A stretch of DNA of 64,000 nucleotides from an uncultured Chloroflexia bacterium. Lineage in GTDB: Bacteria; Chloroflexota; UBA6077; JACCZL01. The position numbers and the translations under genes were made by a program. The notes under the pieces were generated by a model, which was not told where the DNA came from, did not search any database, and saw only the letters and a program-made list of their open reading frames with translations. The stretch covers positions 224,001 through 288,000 of the forward strand of contig CAVXYC010000010.1 in the NCBI GenBank assembly GCA_963765765.1, in the 5' to 3' direction. Of this stretch, positions 31,101-40,721 are shown piece by piece (positions within the stretch are counted from its first letter, which is position 1; every line of letters begins with the position of its first letter).

Positions 31101-32703
31101 CTTCACCTTCCTGTATGGGGATCTCCACGCCCATATGATGGCCCTACCATTCACGCTCGTATGTCTGGTTCTTATTGTGAGCGTGCTGCGGACGGCGCCG
31201 GACCTCTTGGCATCTCGACGCGGCGTTGGCACATTCGGATTCCCCTGGCTAGCGGCCACGCTTCTGGCGCTGGTAATCGGCGCACTCTGGCCGCTCAATA
31301 CCTGGGACTTCCCGACGTTCGCGCTGCTCGCAGGTGCGGCGCTGCTCTTGCGTGCCGTGGCCTTGAATCGAGGGATGTCCGCTCGCGCTATCAGCCGAAG
31401 CGCCGTGCAGTGGCTGCTGGTGATGGTGGCCGCCTATGCATTGTTCCTCCCGTTCCATCGCTCGTACGTGGCTGGCTATTCGAGCATCGAGCTCTGGCAA
31501 GGCTCGCGCACGGGGCTGGACGCCTATCTCATCGTTCATGGCATCTTCCTGTTCGTCATCGTCACAGCTCTGATTGCAGGGATCGCAGCGAAGACCAATC
31601 GCGCTCCGCTTGCCCGCGAGGTTCGCCTGCTGTTCAGCCAGGGATATCGCCTGGGCGCCCTGCGCTCACTGGATAGGAGGCTAGTCAGACGAAGAGCAAT
31701 GCAGCGGCTGGGACTGGGCGCGTTGGCGTTGCTGATGGTGGTGGTATGCGGATTATTGGCCTGGAAGCTCCTGGCGACGTTGATGTTCCCGGTTGTGCCC
31801 GCGGCGTCGCTGGCGGTCGTCGCCGTTCCGCTGTTGGTGCTGGCCTTAACCGCGGTTCTCCTATTCGACGGTTCAACTGACGCGCGACGCCGGTTCACGT
31901 ACACGTGCATCACTCTGGGCGCCGCGCTCACCATAGCCGTTGAGGTCATTGTGCTCAAGGGCGATATCAGCCGGATGAACACGGTGTTCAAGTTCTATCT
32001 ACAAGTGTGGACGCTGTGGTCAATCGCCGCGGCGACTCTTCTGCCTGAGCTCCTGGGACTAGCGCGCGGCGTCACGGATTCCATCGGGAGGGCGCGCCCC
32101 CAGCGGCTTCCCGATCTGCCTGGCTGGTGGCGCCCTGCATTTGCAGCGCTGGTTATCGCCGGACTTCTCTATCCCATCTTCGCCACATACGTCCGAGCTC
32201 AGGATCGGTTCGAGCACAGTACCGAGTTCACCCTGGATGGCATGGCCTACATGGATGAGGCGTCCTACAACGACAAGAATCAGCCCATGGAGCTGAAGTG
32301 GGATCGGGATGCGATTGAGTGGATGCAGGCGACGATCGACGGCTCCCCGGTGATCGTTGAAGCGGTCACGCCGCTCTATCACTGGGGCTCGCGTGTCTCG
32401 ATCTACACGGGGCTACCGACGATCATCGGCTGGGATTGGCATCAAAAGCAGCAGCGAGCGTTACTGCCAGGTGAAGTCGTCGATCGACGGATCAATGACG
32501 TGAATCAGATATTTGGGTCAGCAACTCCCGAACGCACGCGGGAGCTACTGGAGCGATATCGCGTGCGGTATCTCTACGTCGGGCAGCAGGAGCGTCTCTA
32601 CTACCCGGGCGTTGAAGTCAAGATGAGGCGCAACGAGGGGAACCTCTGGAATCGCGTCTACGAGAATCAGGAAGTTTCTATCTATGAAGTGCGCCGACCC
32701 TAA
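28189..32703 (+). CDS. PMT_2/GT39-like domain fused to DUF2298 (Chlor_Arch_YYY) membrane protein, 1504 aa
   Basis: N-terminal HPDERF GT-C motif; GGEKPMDFAYLNA...DPWFAGGFINYYYFG; EFPYFTFLYGDLHAH; RMNTVFKFY; ~30 hydrophobic segments. Confidence 0.85.
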   Translation: MAENILQNPMRRTESRSESRALSLPRIDSWVWLVAILLVGSLLRFVGIAWDETYHLHPDERFMTMVETAIRVPENLSGYFNTATSTLSPYNNNFGLYVYGTFPLYLVKAVGQVLDKAGYDQINLVGRALSALFDVGTIAATALVGRRLYGAAVGLVAGGLYALMALPIQQAHFFTVDSYASFFAVLAAYLAIRIGESNSRWDYLALGAVVGFGIACKISMFVLGGFAALGAIIVLYRAYERERVISASLVESIAVRLLLSGIVAILTFRVLQPIAFQGPTILNFTPNEQWLANMAEVRGLQSGERDFPPGHQWTDRPAIWFPWSNMVLWGMGLPLGLAAWIGWAFAAFELIRRRKIEHFIPVVFIGIVFLFQGTQWVKSMRYFLHIYPFLAMTAAYLLHRMWMAGRVNGAVGQISTVSRAIVLGIVGLTALYAIGFTSIYTRPHSRVDASRWIYDNVPRGAAIANEHWDDPLPLRLDGRDGFGGYYRGLMLNNYDEDTPKKLDELVANLVQADYLVLSSNRLYDSIPRLPMRYPMTTRYYELLFAEQIGFHRVAEFTSYPSILGISLPDQSAEEAWSVYDHPKVTIFQKTSDFDRARVLAQLGGGIDWDGILRLRPDQATKVKTGLMLSPSDQTTYQASGTWRELFSTEGISNRFPLVAWWLAIQVVGLAALPIIMVACRSLVDRGWAIAKPLGLLLVAWLAWMAASLHLAEFGPSLVFASLGVVAIVSSLVLAARGRDVPSILRARWRIIALEEALFTVAFLGFVAVRAANPDIWHPVMGGEKPMDFAYLNAVIKSAYFPPYDPWFAGGFINYYYFGFVLVAGLVHLTGVVPGVAYNLAVPTFFAATLVGAFAVALNLVQRLPGTTGRSSINVEPTSRAAVLAGVAASLGVAVMGNLGELQLLLKGLHDIGRTVIQLPFLTEVLRVTDGLRMVIGGGKTLPFRTEWWYWNATRVIDHPQGEAVPITEFPYFTFLYGDLHAHMMALPFTLVCLVLIVSVLRTAPDLLASRRGVGTFGFPWLAATLLALVIGALWPLNTWDFPTFALLAGAALLLRAVALNRGMSARAISRSAVQWLLVMVAAYALFLPFHRSYVAGYSSIELWQGSRTGLDAYLIVHGIFLFVIVTALIAGIAAKTNRAPLAREVRLLFSQGYRLGALRSLDRRLVRRRAMQRLGLGALALLMVVVCGLLAWKLLATLMFPVVPAASLAVVAVPLLVLALTAVLLFDGSTDARRRFTYTCITLGAALTIAVEVIVLKGDISRMNTVFKFYLQVWTLWSIAAATLLPELLGLARGVTDSIGRARPQRLPDLPGWWRPAFAALVIAGLLYPIFATYVRAQDRFEHSTEFTLDGMAYMDEASYNDKNQPMELKWDRDAIEWMQATIDGSPVIVEAVTPLYHWGSRVSIYTGLPTIIGWDWHQKQQRALLPGEVVDRRINDVNQIFGSATPERTRELLERYRVRYLYVGQQERLYYPGVEVKMRRNEGNLWNRVYENQEVSIYEVRRP

Positions 32704-32803
32704 GCGCGTCGCGTTCAACAGAGGAACGCCAGGTCCAATGATCGTCGTTCAACCGTCGTTCGATCTGCGGCATCGACATCATTCGATCTGGACCTGGTAG
32801 CCC

Positions 32804-33805
32804 ATGTCGTTGTTGAATCCGCGCGTTCTCATCGGACTGGTCGTAAGCGTTATTTGTCTCGTCTTCGTCCTTCGTCAGGTGAACTTCGCCGAGCTCGTCG
32901 AGACACTCGGTCGCACCAATTTATGGTGGGTGGCGCTGACGGTGATCCAGCTCATACCGGCGATGTGGCTCAAGGCCTATCGCTGGCGATTGTTCTTTCC
33001 GGATCAGGCGGCGGCCAAGCGCGCGGCGCTGCTACCCGCCCTATACATCGGGTACATGGTCAATACCATCGCCCCATTGCGCATGGGCGAGCTAGTGCGC
33101 GCCTACCTGGTAGGTCATTACGACCGACTGGGCGTGAGCACCGCGGTCGGCACGATTGTTCTCGAAAAACTGTTCGACGTCGGATCGTTGATCGTCATCT
33201 TTGTCATTCTCGCCGCGCTGGCGCCGCTCCCCGACTGGGCAAATGCCGCCGCGATCGCGACTGGGCTCGGATTGGCTATAGGCGTGGCGGGCACGATCTG
33301 TCTGGTGGTGGCGGAGCAGCGCGTCCTGGGCCTAATTCGGTTCTTCGAAAAGCGAATTCCGATAATCGATCGCATGCAGGCGAGCAATCTGGCCGCATCG
33401 TTTGTTGACGGACTTCGATCGATTCAATCTCCCCGGACGTTGTTCTGGGCCGTTGTCTGGTCGGCTGTGCTCTGGCTGGGTGGGGCCATGACACTCGCGT
33501 TTGGGTTCCTCGCAGTGGGAATCTCGCTGACGCCCGAAATGGTCTTCTTCCTGCTCGTGGTGACTAATCTAGGCATGGCCGTGCCCTCAGCACCCGGGTA
33601 CGTCGGTGTTTATCACGCCCTTGTCGTGGTCGGGCTGGCCGTGTTTGGAGTGCCCGAAACCACCGCCCTGAGTGCGGCGATTGTCCTCCACGCGGCAGTC
33701 TTCGGCTTCTTCCTGGTTGGTGGGATGTTCTATCTCTGGCGGGGGCGGTTCTCACTGGCCCAGCTCATCACGGGAGCTCGCGGAACGGAGCAAGCCGCCC
33801 ATTGA
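32804..33805 (+). CDS. Flippase-like membrane protein (lysylphosphatidylglycerol synthase TM / UPF0104)
   Basis: RW...N...PLRMGELVR...EKLFD...PSAPGYVGVY. Confidence 0.88.
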   Translation: MSLLNPRVLIGLVVSVICLVFVLRQVNFAELVETLGRTNLWWVALTVIQLIPAMWLKAYRWRLFFPDQAAAKRAALLPALYIGYMVNTIAPLRMGELVRAYLVGHYDRLGVSTAVGTIVLEKLFDVGSLIVIFVILAALAPLPDWANAAAIATGLGLAIGVAGTICLVVAEQRVLGLIRFFEKRIPIIDRMQASNLAASFVDGLRSIQSPRTLFWAVVWSAVLWLGGAMTLAFGFLAVGISLTPEMVFFLLVVTNLGMAVPSAPGYVGVYHALVVVGLAVFGVPETTALSAAIVLHAAVFGFFLVGGMFYLWRGRFSLAQLITGARGTEQAAH

Positions 33806-36033
33806 GCGAGGTCGCCGCGGTTGCGCTCTGGTACGTCGCCATCCAGGCTCTGGCGCTGGCCATTGCTCCGCTTGTTATTCAGATCTTCGTGGGTCTTCCG
33901 GATCGCGGGATTCCGTATAGCAAGGTGGTCGGCTGGCTCCTTGTAAGTGGCATGGTGTGGTTGCTCGGAATGCTCGGCCTGCTCCAATTCACCAGAGCTA
34001 CCGTGATCGTGGCGCTTATTCTCATCGGAGCTCTTTGCTGGTGGCGGTGGGGCACAAACGCAATTGAAGCGCTGAGGGCGCACTCGAGCTGGCTGGATGG
34101 TGAATTGGTTTTCGGCATTGCGTTCCTTGCCGCGGTCTGGATCAGGGCGCACACGCCGGAGATCCTGGGCCAGGAGAAGTTCATGGATTTCGCAATCATG
34201 AACAGTTTCCTCATGCATGCAGAGCTTCCAGCTCCAGATCCATGGCTGTCCGGTTACGGTATGCCTTACTACCACCTAAATTACTTCATGTTTGCGCTCA
34301 TCGCGAAGCTCGCGGGAACGCCCGGACCTATCGCCTACAACCTCGCGGTGTCCACTGTGTTCGCGTTCGGAGCGCTTGGTCTTTACAGCCTGGTGCGGAA
34401 TGTCACGCGTCTCGGGAATGCGAGCGCGCGGTTTTTGGGGTGGGCATCCGGAGTGCTCGCGGCGGTCTTTGTTCTCGTGCTGGGCAATCTGGAAGCAGTG
34501 TTCGAAATGCTCTCAATTCGGAGCTTGGGCCCGCCCGCTCTCTGGTCGGCCCTGGGCATCAAAGGACTCAACCCAGGCCAGGCGGCGTCCGGTTTGTGGC
34601 CGGCTGATGGTGGTTGGTGGTGGCGAGCGTCGCGCATCGTGCCCACGACGAAGCCCGATGGAATCAATGAGTTTCCGTACTTCAGTTTTCTTCTGGGCGA
34701 CCTGCACCCGCACTACATGGCGATTCCATTGGACTTACTCGTCATCGCCCTGGGCACGGTGGCGCTGGTCAAGCCTGAGCAAATTCGGTCGTGGCCATGG
34801 CGGATTGTCTCGGTGATCGCTCTTGCCGCCCTGATACCAGCCAACACATGGGACGTCCCGGTCTTCTGGGGAGTGTTTGCCATCTGCATGGCGATAGCAG
34901 CCTGGCGTCTGCAGAAGCCGGTCGGTGGGATCTTGCAGTTTGTAGTCATGTTCGGGATGGCGGCGATGGCAGTCGTGCCGTACATGGTGGGATATGCGAG
35001 TCAGCCCCTCGGCATCGGGATTGTCGATGAGCATACGCCGGTGCCATCGTTCCTGATCATTTTTGGTGCGTTCGTTCTGATCACCATCGTGTGGATCCTG
35101 CTGCCGCCACCAAAAGGAAGCGCGGAGAAGCCTCCGCCCGCCTGGCTTGTGGCTATCCCGATCGTCGGGGCGGTGCTCGGCATCGTCACGAGTGTGCTGG
35201 ACATGCGCACGCTGGGAATCGCCCTCGTCCTTGGCGCACTCTGCCTGCATCGCCTTGTCTCAATAATGTTCTGGAGACTGGATGGCGACCGCCAAGCGCT
35301 GAGCGAGGTGATCGCTGGACTTCTGCTTACAGTGGGATTTCTTGTCATCGCGGGCACCGAGATTTTGTTCATTCGGGACTCGTTCGGCACGCGCATGAAC
35401 ACAGTCTTCAAGTTTCACTACAACGCCTGGGTACTCCTGGCCCTCGGTTGCGCACTCGCACTGGTGAGTCTCATCGGGCAGCGAGGGATCCGTCGTGCCG
35501 CGGCGGTGATCGTATCGGCGGCCGTGATTCTGCTGGGCGGGATTTACCCCCTGGGTGCAACATTAACGAAGACAAACCACTTCCTTGGAGTGGCCACGCT
35601 TGACGGGTCGAGCTTCGCCCTGCGTCAGTACGAAAACGATCTCATCGCCATTGATTGGCTCCGCGGGATGGGCCAGCCACGATCATCCATCGTCGAGGCA
35701 GTTGGCGGAGACTACACGGACTTCGGCCGCGTCTCGACATTTTCCGGGATGCCAACACCCATCGGATGGATCGGTCATGAGCTGCAATGGCGTGGCCCGA
35801 GTGAAGAGTTTCAGCGCCGCGAGCGTCTGGTTCAAGACCTTTATCAGGCGCGAGATGGCGACCAGGCTCAGCGGACGCTTGATCTCCTCGGAGCCAGCCA
35901 CGTGTTCGTGGGGCGGTTAGAGCGCGAGAAGTATGGCGCGGACACGGCTGACCGACTCCGCGCCTGGCTGCCGGTAGTGTTTCAGCGCGGTGATGCACTC
36001 GTACTCCAGCGCGTCGGAGCTCCTCAGCGATGA
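33802..36033 (+). CDS. Stand-alone DUF2298 membrane protein
   Basis: GQEKFMDF...DPWLSG...YYHLNY; INEFPYFSFLLGDLHPH; RMNTVFKFHY; GWIGHELQWRG. Confidence 0.85.
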   Translation: MSEVAAVALWYVAIQALALAIAPLVIQIFVGLPDRGIPYSKVVGWLLVSGMVWLLGMLGLLQFTRATVIVALILIGALCWWRWGTNAIEALRAHSSWLDGELVFGIAFLAAVWIRAHTPEILGQEKFMDFAIMNSFLMHAELPAPDPWLSGYGMPYYHLNYFMFALIAKLAGTPGPIAYNLAVSTVFAFGALGLYSLVRNVTRLGNASARFLGWASGVLAAVFVLVLGNLEAVFEMLSIRSLGPPALWSALGIKGLNPGQAASGLWPADGGWWWRASRIVPTTKPDGINEFPYFSFLLGDLHPHYMAIPLDLLVIALGTVALVKPEQIRSWPWRIVSVIALAALIPANTWDVPVFWGVFAICMAIAAWRLQKPVGGILQFVVMFGMAAMAVVPYMVGYASQPLGIGIVDEHTPVPSFLIIFGAFVLITIVWILLPPPKGSAEKPPPAWLVAIPIVGAVLGIVTSVLDMRTLGIALVLGALCLHRLVSIMFWRLDGDRQALSEVIAGLLLTVGFLVIAGTEILFIRDSFGTRMNTVFKFHYNAWVLLALGCALALVSLIGQRGIRRAAAVIVSAAVILLGGIYPLGATLTKTNHFLGVATLDGSSFALRQYENDLIAIDWLRGMGQPRSSIVEAVGGDYTDFGRVSTFSGMPTPIGWIGHELQWRGPSEEFQRRERLVQDLYQARDGDQAQRTLDLLGASHVFVGRLEREKYGADTADRLRAWLPVVFQRGDALVLQRVGAPQR

Positions 36034-37728
36034 TTCGCACACAGGCGCTGGCGACGCCATTTCCCTCGATCAGATTGGATCGTACCGTCCTGCTCTGGGC
36101 GAGTATTATCGGCCTCGGGGTAATCCTGCGATTCCGCGATCTCGGCGCTCGGCCGCTCGATCCCGACGAGGCCCGACTGGCGCTCGAGGCATTCCGCGGC
36201 GTCGGCTTCGGACGTCCCTGGGGCAGTCCCGAATCGATGACGCCCGGTTACACGGGCCTGATGTCGTTGATCTTCTACCTGTTTGGAAGCTCGGATGCAG
36301 CGGCGCGGCTGCTTTCTGCCGTGGCCGGTGTTGGTGTCATCGCGTTGAGCGCGCTCGCGATACCGTTCGTTGGAACGGCTGGCGCGCTCGGCATCGCGGC
36401 CCTTCTTGCGACGTCTCCAATTCTACTCGAGACATCGCGCTCGGCCCTCAACGCGTCGATGCTCGCAGCGGCATTGCTTACCCTGGTGCTGGTTCTCGCA
36501 CGCATCATCCAGGGACTGGAGCTCGGTCAACCGGTTTCATCCCGGTGGTCTCTTGCGTTGGGTGGAACTGCCGCGGTGGGGCTGGCAACTGATCCGCTCT
36601 TCACCTTGAATGTGCTGGCGCTGGTGGCGGCGCTGGTGTTTGCGTTTGATCTGGGCGATATTCGCGCTCGGCTCAGGGGCGCGCGTTCGATATCACCATG
36701 GCCGATCGCTTTCGGCGTCATCCTGGCTATCGCCATCTATACAACTCGTTTCCTGACAAACCCTGGAGGACTTCAGTCGGGACTTATTGATCCACTCTGG
36801 TCGTGGGCGACCGAGATTTTGCAGCCCGCGCGCATTCCGATGGTACCGCTCCTACTTATTCTGGGGACGGAATGCCTGATCCTGGTCACCGCCTTGGGCG
36901 GCGCATTCCGGCTCGGGCGGGCGGCTCCATTGGAGCGCTTCGCCGCGGCCTGGTTGGCGATCACGTTTGCGATCGCCATTATCGGCGGGCGCTCCGACTT
37001 CCGATTGCTTGTACCGGTCAATTCTTGCAGCCGCCCTTTTGGGCGGCCCGTGGCTGGCGCACACCGTTCAGAACGATAGCTGGCGAGACACCATGCCTTA
37101 TGTCGTCGGCGCAATTGCCGTCGTACCGTTGCTCGCCGCCCTGGTGGCTTCGCTGTCCGCGTTATCCAAATCATCAGCACCCGAACCGCAACTCTTCTAC
37201 GCGGGATTGGCGGGCTTTGCAGGAACTGTCGTCGGCGGTCTCGCGATGGTGGGACGCCGAACAGTTGTGTACGGACTTCTCTTCGCAGCGTTCGCACTAG
37301 CAGCGATAGCCACGGTCATCGGGAGTACGCGGTTGTCTTCTGCGGCGGCATCTGACCTCGGTAAGGCCGGCCCAGGCGCTGTTTTTATAGGAGAGCTTCG
37401 AGGAGTTGAACGTCAGCTCGCCATCTGGGAATGGGATCAGGATCGACGACCAATCCTGGTGGACGATCGCTTGCAAGGTTTGCTTGGTTGGGCATTGCGA
37501 TCGAATCGAAACGTCCGGTGGATTGGACCAGATGAGATCCGCACAGGACCCGCCGTAAAGCTGGTCTCGACACGTAGCGAGGCTATACCGGAGGGTGGAT
37601 TGCGGGTGACGATCGGCTACCGATTCACCCAGATCCCAGAGCTATCTCCCCTGAAGGTGGCCGAGTGGTTTCTCTGGCGTCGGTCGATTCCACGAGTGGA
37701 GCCGTATGATATACTGCTGTACCGCTAA
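36030..37728 (+). CDS. Divergent TIGR03663/GT-C-like membrane protein; apparent frameshift near 37020
   Basis: LRFRDLGARPLDPDEA aligns by eye to LRIHDIGARALHHDES of the next gene; YTTRFLTNPGG matches FTTFLTN; ORFs 36030-37079 and 36967-37728. Confidence 0.7.
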
Positions 37729-37799
37729 TCTCCCGCGGCCGTTTTCGTGCGCCCGCACGATTGTCCGCTTGCCCACACTTCTCAGCGGACGAATGTAGG

Positions 37800-40709
37800 A
37801 TGGTTCAGCTCAAGGAACGGCCACTCTCGGCCTCGCGGCTGGACGCTGAGGCCGTCACACCGCTCGACAATCCCAACGACCGACTCGTCCAACTAGTCTT
37901 CCTGGCTCTCATGATCGTTGGGTTCCTTCTCCGGATCCACGATATAGGTGCGCGCGCGCTTCATCACGATGAGAGCCTGCACGCCACGTATTCCTGGTAC
38001 CTCTACTCGGGACGCGGATACGTGCACGATCCGCTCATGCATGGTCCGGAGCAGTTCCACGTCAACGCGCTACTCTTCTTCCTGTTTGGGGATAACGATG
38101 TAACCGCGCGCCTGCAGTACGTGCTACTGGGCACCCTCATGATTGGCCTGCCGTACTTCGTGCGGCATGAGCTGGGTCGCCTGGGAGCGATCATTGCGGC
38201 CGTACTGCTCACGATTTCGCCCGGCTTTCTGTACTTTTCGCGCTTCGCCCGTGAAGATATGCCCTTCGCCTTCTTCACTATGGTGATGGCGGTGGGGCTT
38301 TTCGGTTACGTCCGAACCCGTCAACCAAAGCACCTTTACATCTTTTCCGCGGCGTTTTCTCTGGCCTTTGCCACGAAGGAAGCGACTTACATTACCGGGT
38401 TCATCTGGGCCGTGTTCATCGCCGTCATGATCGCCCTCAAGAAGTTTGACCCGGACGGGCAAGAGACATACGACACCGTTCGCTCACTCACGCGAGGAGT
38501 GGTCGCACGCTGCCTGTTGATCTTTTTCGGTCTCTACGTCCTGCTATTTACGACGTTCCTCACCAACGTTCTGGATCCGAAGTTCTTTACCGACCCGAAG
38601 TCTTGTCTGGATCGAGTAACGGGCTGTGGGGGACTGTTGAGCGGGTCGTACGGCGCGTTGAAGTACTGGATCGACCAGCATGACGTGCAGCGGGGCGGAC
38701 AGCCTTGGTTCTACTACCTGCTGTTGCTCGGCCTGTATGAATTTATTCCACTCACCCTGACGATCATAGCGGCAGCCCAGCGGAAATTTAACCTGTTCGG
38801 CAAGTTCTGCCTGGCCTGGTCAATTGGCGCCCTGCTGGTCTACTCGTACGCCGGCGAGAAAATGCCCTGGCTGATCTTGCACCTGACGCTTCCACTGATC
38901 CTCACAGGGGCGCCAGTCCTGGCCCGGTGGATCCAAGGTGTGAGACCCGCAACCTGGCGATCAACGGAGCTACGCTACGCCGTCGGACTATGGCTGAGCG
39001 TTATCGCCTTTGCGGTCTCGTTTGTGGCGATCTATGCCGTGCAGTGGCTGAACGTCATCGACCAGCAGGCTCTCGGGCTGGAACGCCTCATGATCATTGT
39101 GGTGATCCTGGGATCTATCGGATGGCTGGTGTGGCTCGCTCGGCGCTCGCACCTCGGGGCCGTGCGCACGGGAGCCGTCTGCGCGCTCTTGCTGGCGAGC
39201 ACCGCGTTCTACATTCGGACTTCATGGCTCGCTACCTATGAGCACGGTGATACCCCGCGAGACATGCTCATCTACGTTCAGTCGTCGCCCGACGTCGTCT
39301 GGGTGACCCGCGAGCTCGAGCGTATCGGTGCCCAGACGGGCCAGGGCAAGGACCTGCGCATCCTTATGGACAACGGCTATTCCGAGACGGTGGGCGGCCA
39401 ACCGGTCGTCCATGAGGCCGTATCATGGCCGTTCGAATGGTATTTGCGCGGGTTGAAAAACCGTCGATACTTCTCACGCACGTTCGGCTCGGACATCAAC
39501 TTGCGCGACTATCCGGCCATTCTCGTCATGGGTCCGAACCTTGATCCAATTCGGCCGGCGCTGGCCGACTACACGGGCACGAAATACAAACTCAACTGGT
39601 GGTTCCCCGAGGATTACAAAGGCCTCTCTCCCAGTGTGATCCTGAACGTATTGAGCGATCCGGAGCAGCGCGGCAAACTGATCAAATTTCTGCTCTACCG
39701 GGAGCCACTAAACACGCTGGGAGCGCGCGAGTTTTACCTCTTTGTGCGTAAGGACATTCCGGGAATCGGCACTGCTCCCATAGCCGGCGCTACTGCCGCA
39801 AACCCTCCGTCCGCTCCCACGGCGGTCGCCGTGAATGCCGGAAATGCCACCGTGTTGGCCCGATTGGGAGTCGATAGCTCCGGACAATCCCAGCTCGTGG
39901 ATCCGAAAGATGTCGCGGTCGATGGCTCGGGCAAGATTTATGTGACCGAGGGCCGGGCGAATCGCGTCACGATCCTGAATGGCGATGGTTCGATCCTGTC
40001 GCGGTTCGGAGAAGGCGGCACGGGTGATGGACAGTTCAATGAGCCGTGGGGCATCGCCGTAGCGCCCAATGGTGAGATCTACGTCGCTGATACGTGGAAC
40101 CATCGCATTCAGCGGTTCGATAGCAACGGGCGCTTCCTGAACCTATGGGGCGCGCTCGGAGATAGCCAAGGCCAGTTGGGCGTTGCGCCCGGGCAATTCT
40201 GGGGACCGCGCGACATCGCGATCGCTCAGGACGGCCGACTTTACGTAACCGACACTGGGAACAAGCGGATCCAAATTTTTGATGCCAGCGGCAATTCGCT
40301 CGGCGCCATCGGCGGTGAAGGCTCGGCGCCGGGCCGACTGCGTGAGCCCGTTGGCATCGCTATGGCACCGGATGGACTGTGGGTCGCGGACGCATGGAAC
40401 AATCGTTTACAGCGGTTGGCACAGGATGGCTCTGCGCTCAGTCAGTCCCCGGTGGTAGGCTGGGAGAGCCAGGCGATTACCAACAAACCCTTCCTGGACG
40501 TTTCACCTGGCGGAAGTGTGATCGCCTCGGCACCTGACTCCGGCCTGCTTATGGCGGTTGGTACTACTGGACAGGTGCGCTCGGTAAGTCTCGAGCCAGG
40601 CTCGCTTGGCGCCGCTCAACCCACTGGCATCGCCGTTGCCTCAACGGGCGAAGTTTACGTCACCGACGTACGCAACGGCCTCGTCTTGAAACTTGCCCGG
40701 CTTGACTGA
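37800..40709 (+). CDS. TIGR03663 family GT-C-like membrane protein with C-terminal NHL beta-propeller
   Basis: HHDESLHA, HGP, SRFARED, GEKMPWL, YVQSSPD; NHL repeats (FNEPWGIAV...YVADTWNHRIQRF; FWGPRDIAI...YVTDTGNKRIQ). Confidence 0.88.
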   Translation: MVQLKERPLSASRLDAEAVTPLDNPNDRLVQLVFLALMIVGFLLRIHDIGARALHHDESLHATYSWYLYSGRGYVHDPLMHGPEQFHVNALLFFLFGDNDVTARLQYVLLGTLMIGLPYFVRHELGRLGAIIAAVLLTISPGFLYFSRFAREDMPFAFFTMVMAVGLFGYVRTRQPKHLYIFSAAFSLAFATKEATYITGFIWAVFIAVMIALKKFDPDGQETYDTVRSLTRGVVARCLLIFFGLYVLLFTTFLTNVLDPKFFTDPKSCLDRVTGCGGLLSGSYGALKYWIDQHDVQRGGQPWFYYLLLLGLYEFIPLTLTIIAAAQRKFNLFGKFCLAWSIGALLVYSYAGEKMPWLILHLTLPLILTGAPVLARWIQGVRPATWRSTELRYAVGLWLSVIAFAVSFVAIYAVQWLNVIDQQALGLERLMIIVVILGSIGWLVWLARRSHLGAVRTGAVCALLLASTAFYIRTSWLATYEHGDTPRDMLIYVQSSPDVVWVTRELERIGAQTGQGKDLRILMDNGYSETVGGQPVVHEAVSWPFEWYLRGLKNRRYFSRTFGSDINLRDYPAILVMGPNLDPIRPALADYTGTKYKLNWWFPEDYKGLSPSVILNVLSDPEQRGKLIKFLLYREPLNTLGAREFYLFVRKDIPGIGTAPIAGATAANPPSAPTAVAVNAGNATVLARLGVDSSGQSQLVDPKDVAVDGSGKIYVTEGRANRVTILNGDGSILSRFGEGGTGDGQFNEPWGIAVAPNGEIYVADTWNHRIQRFDSNGRFLNLWGALGDSQGQLGVAPGQFWGPRDIAIAQDGRLYVTDTGNKRIQIFDASGNSLGAIGGEGSAPGRLREPVGIAMAPDGLWVADAWNNRLQRLAQDGSALSQSPVVGWESQAITNKPFLDVSPGGSVIASAPDSGLLMAVGTTGQVRSVSLEPGSLGAAQPTGIAVASTGEVYVTDVRNGLVLKLARLD

Positions 40710-40721
40710 CAAGGGAGACGC

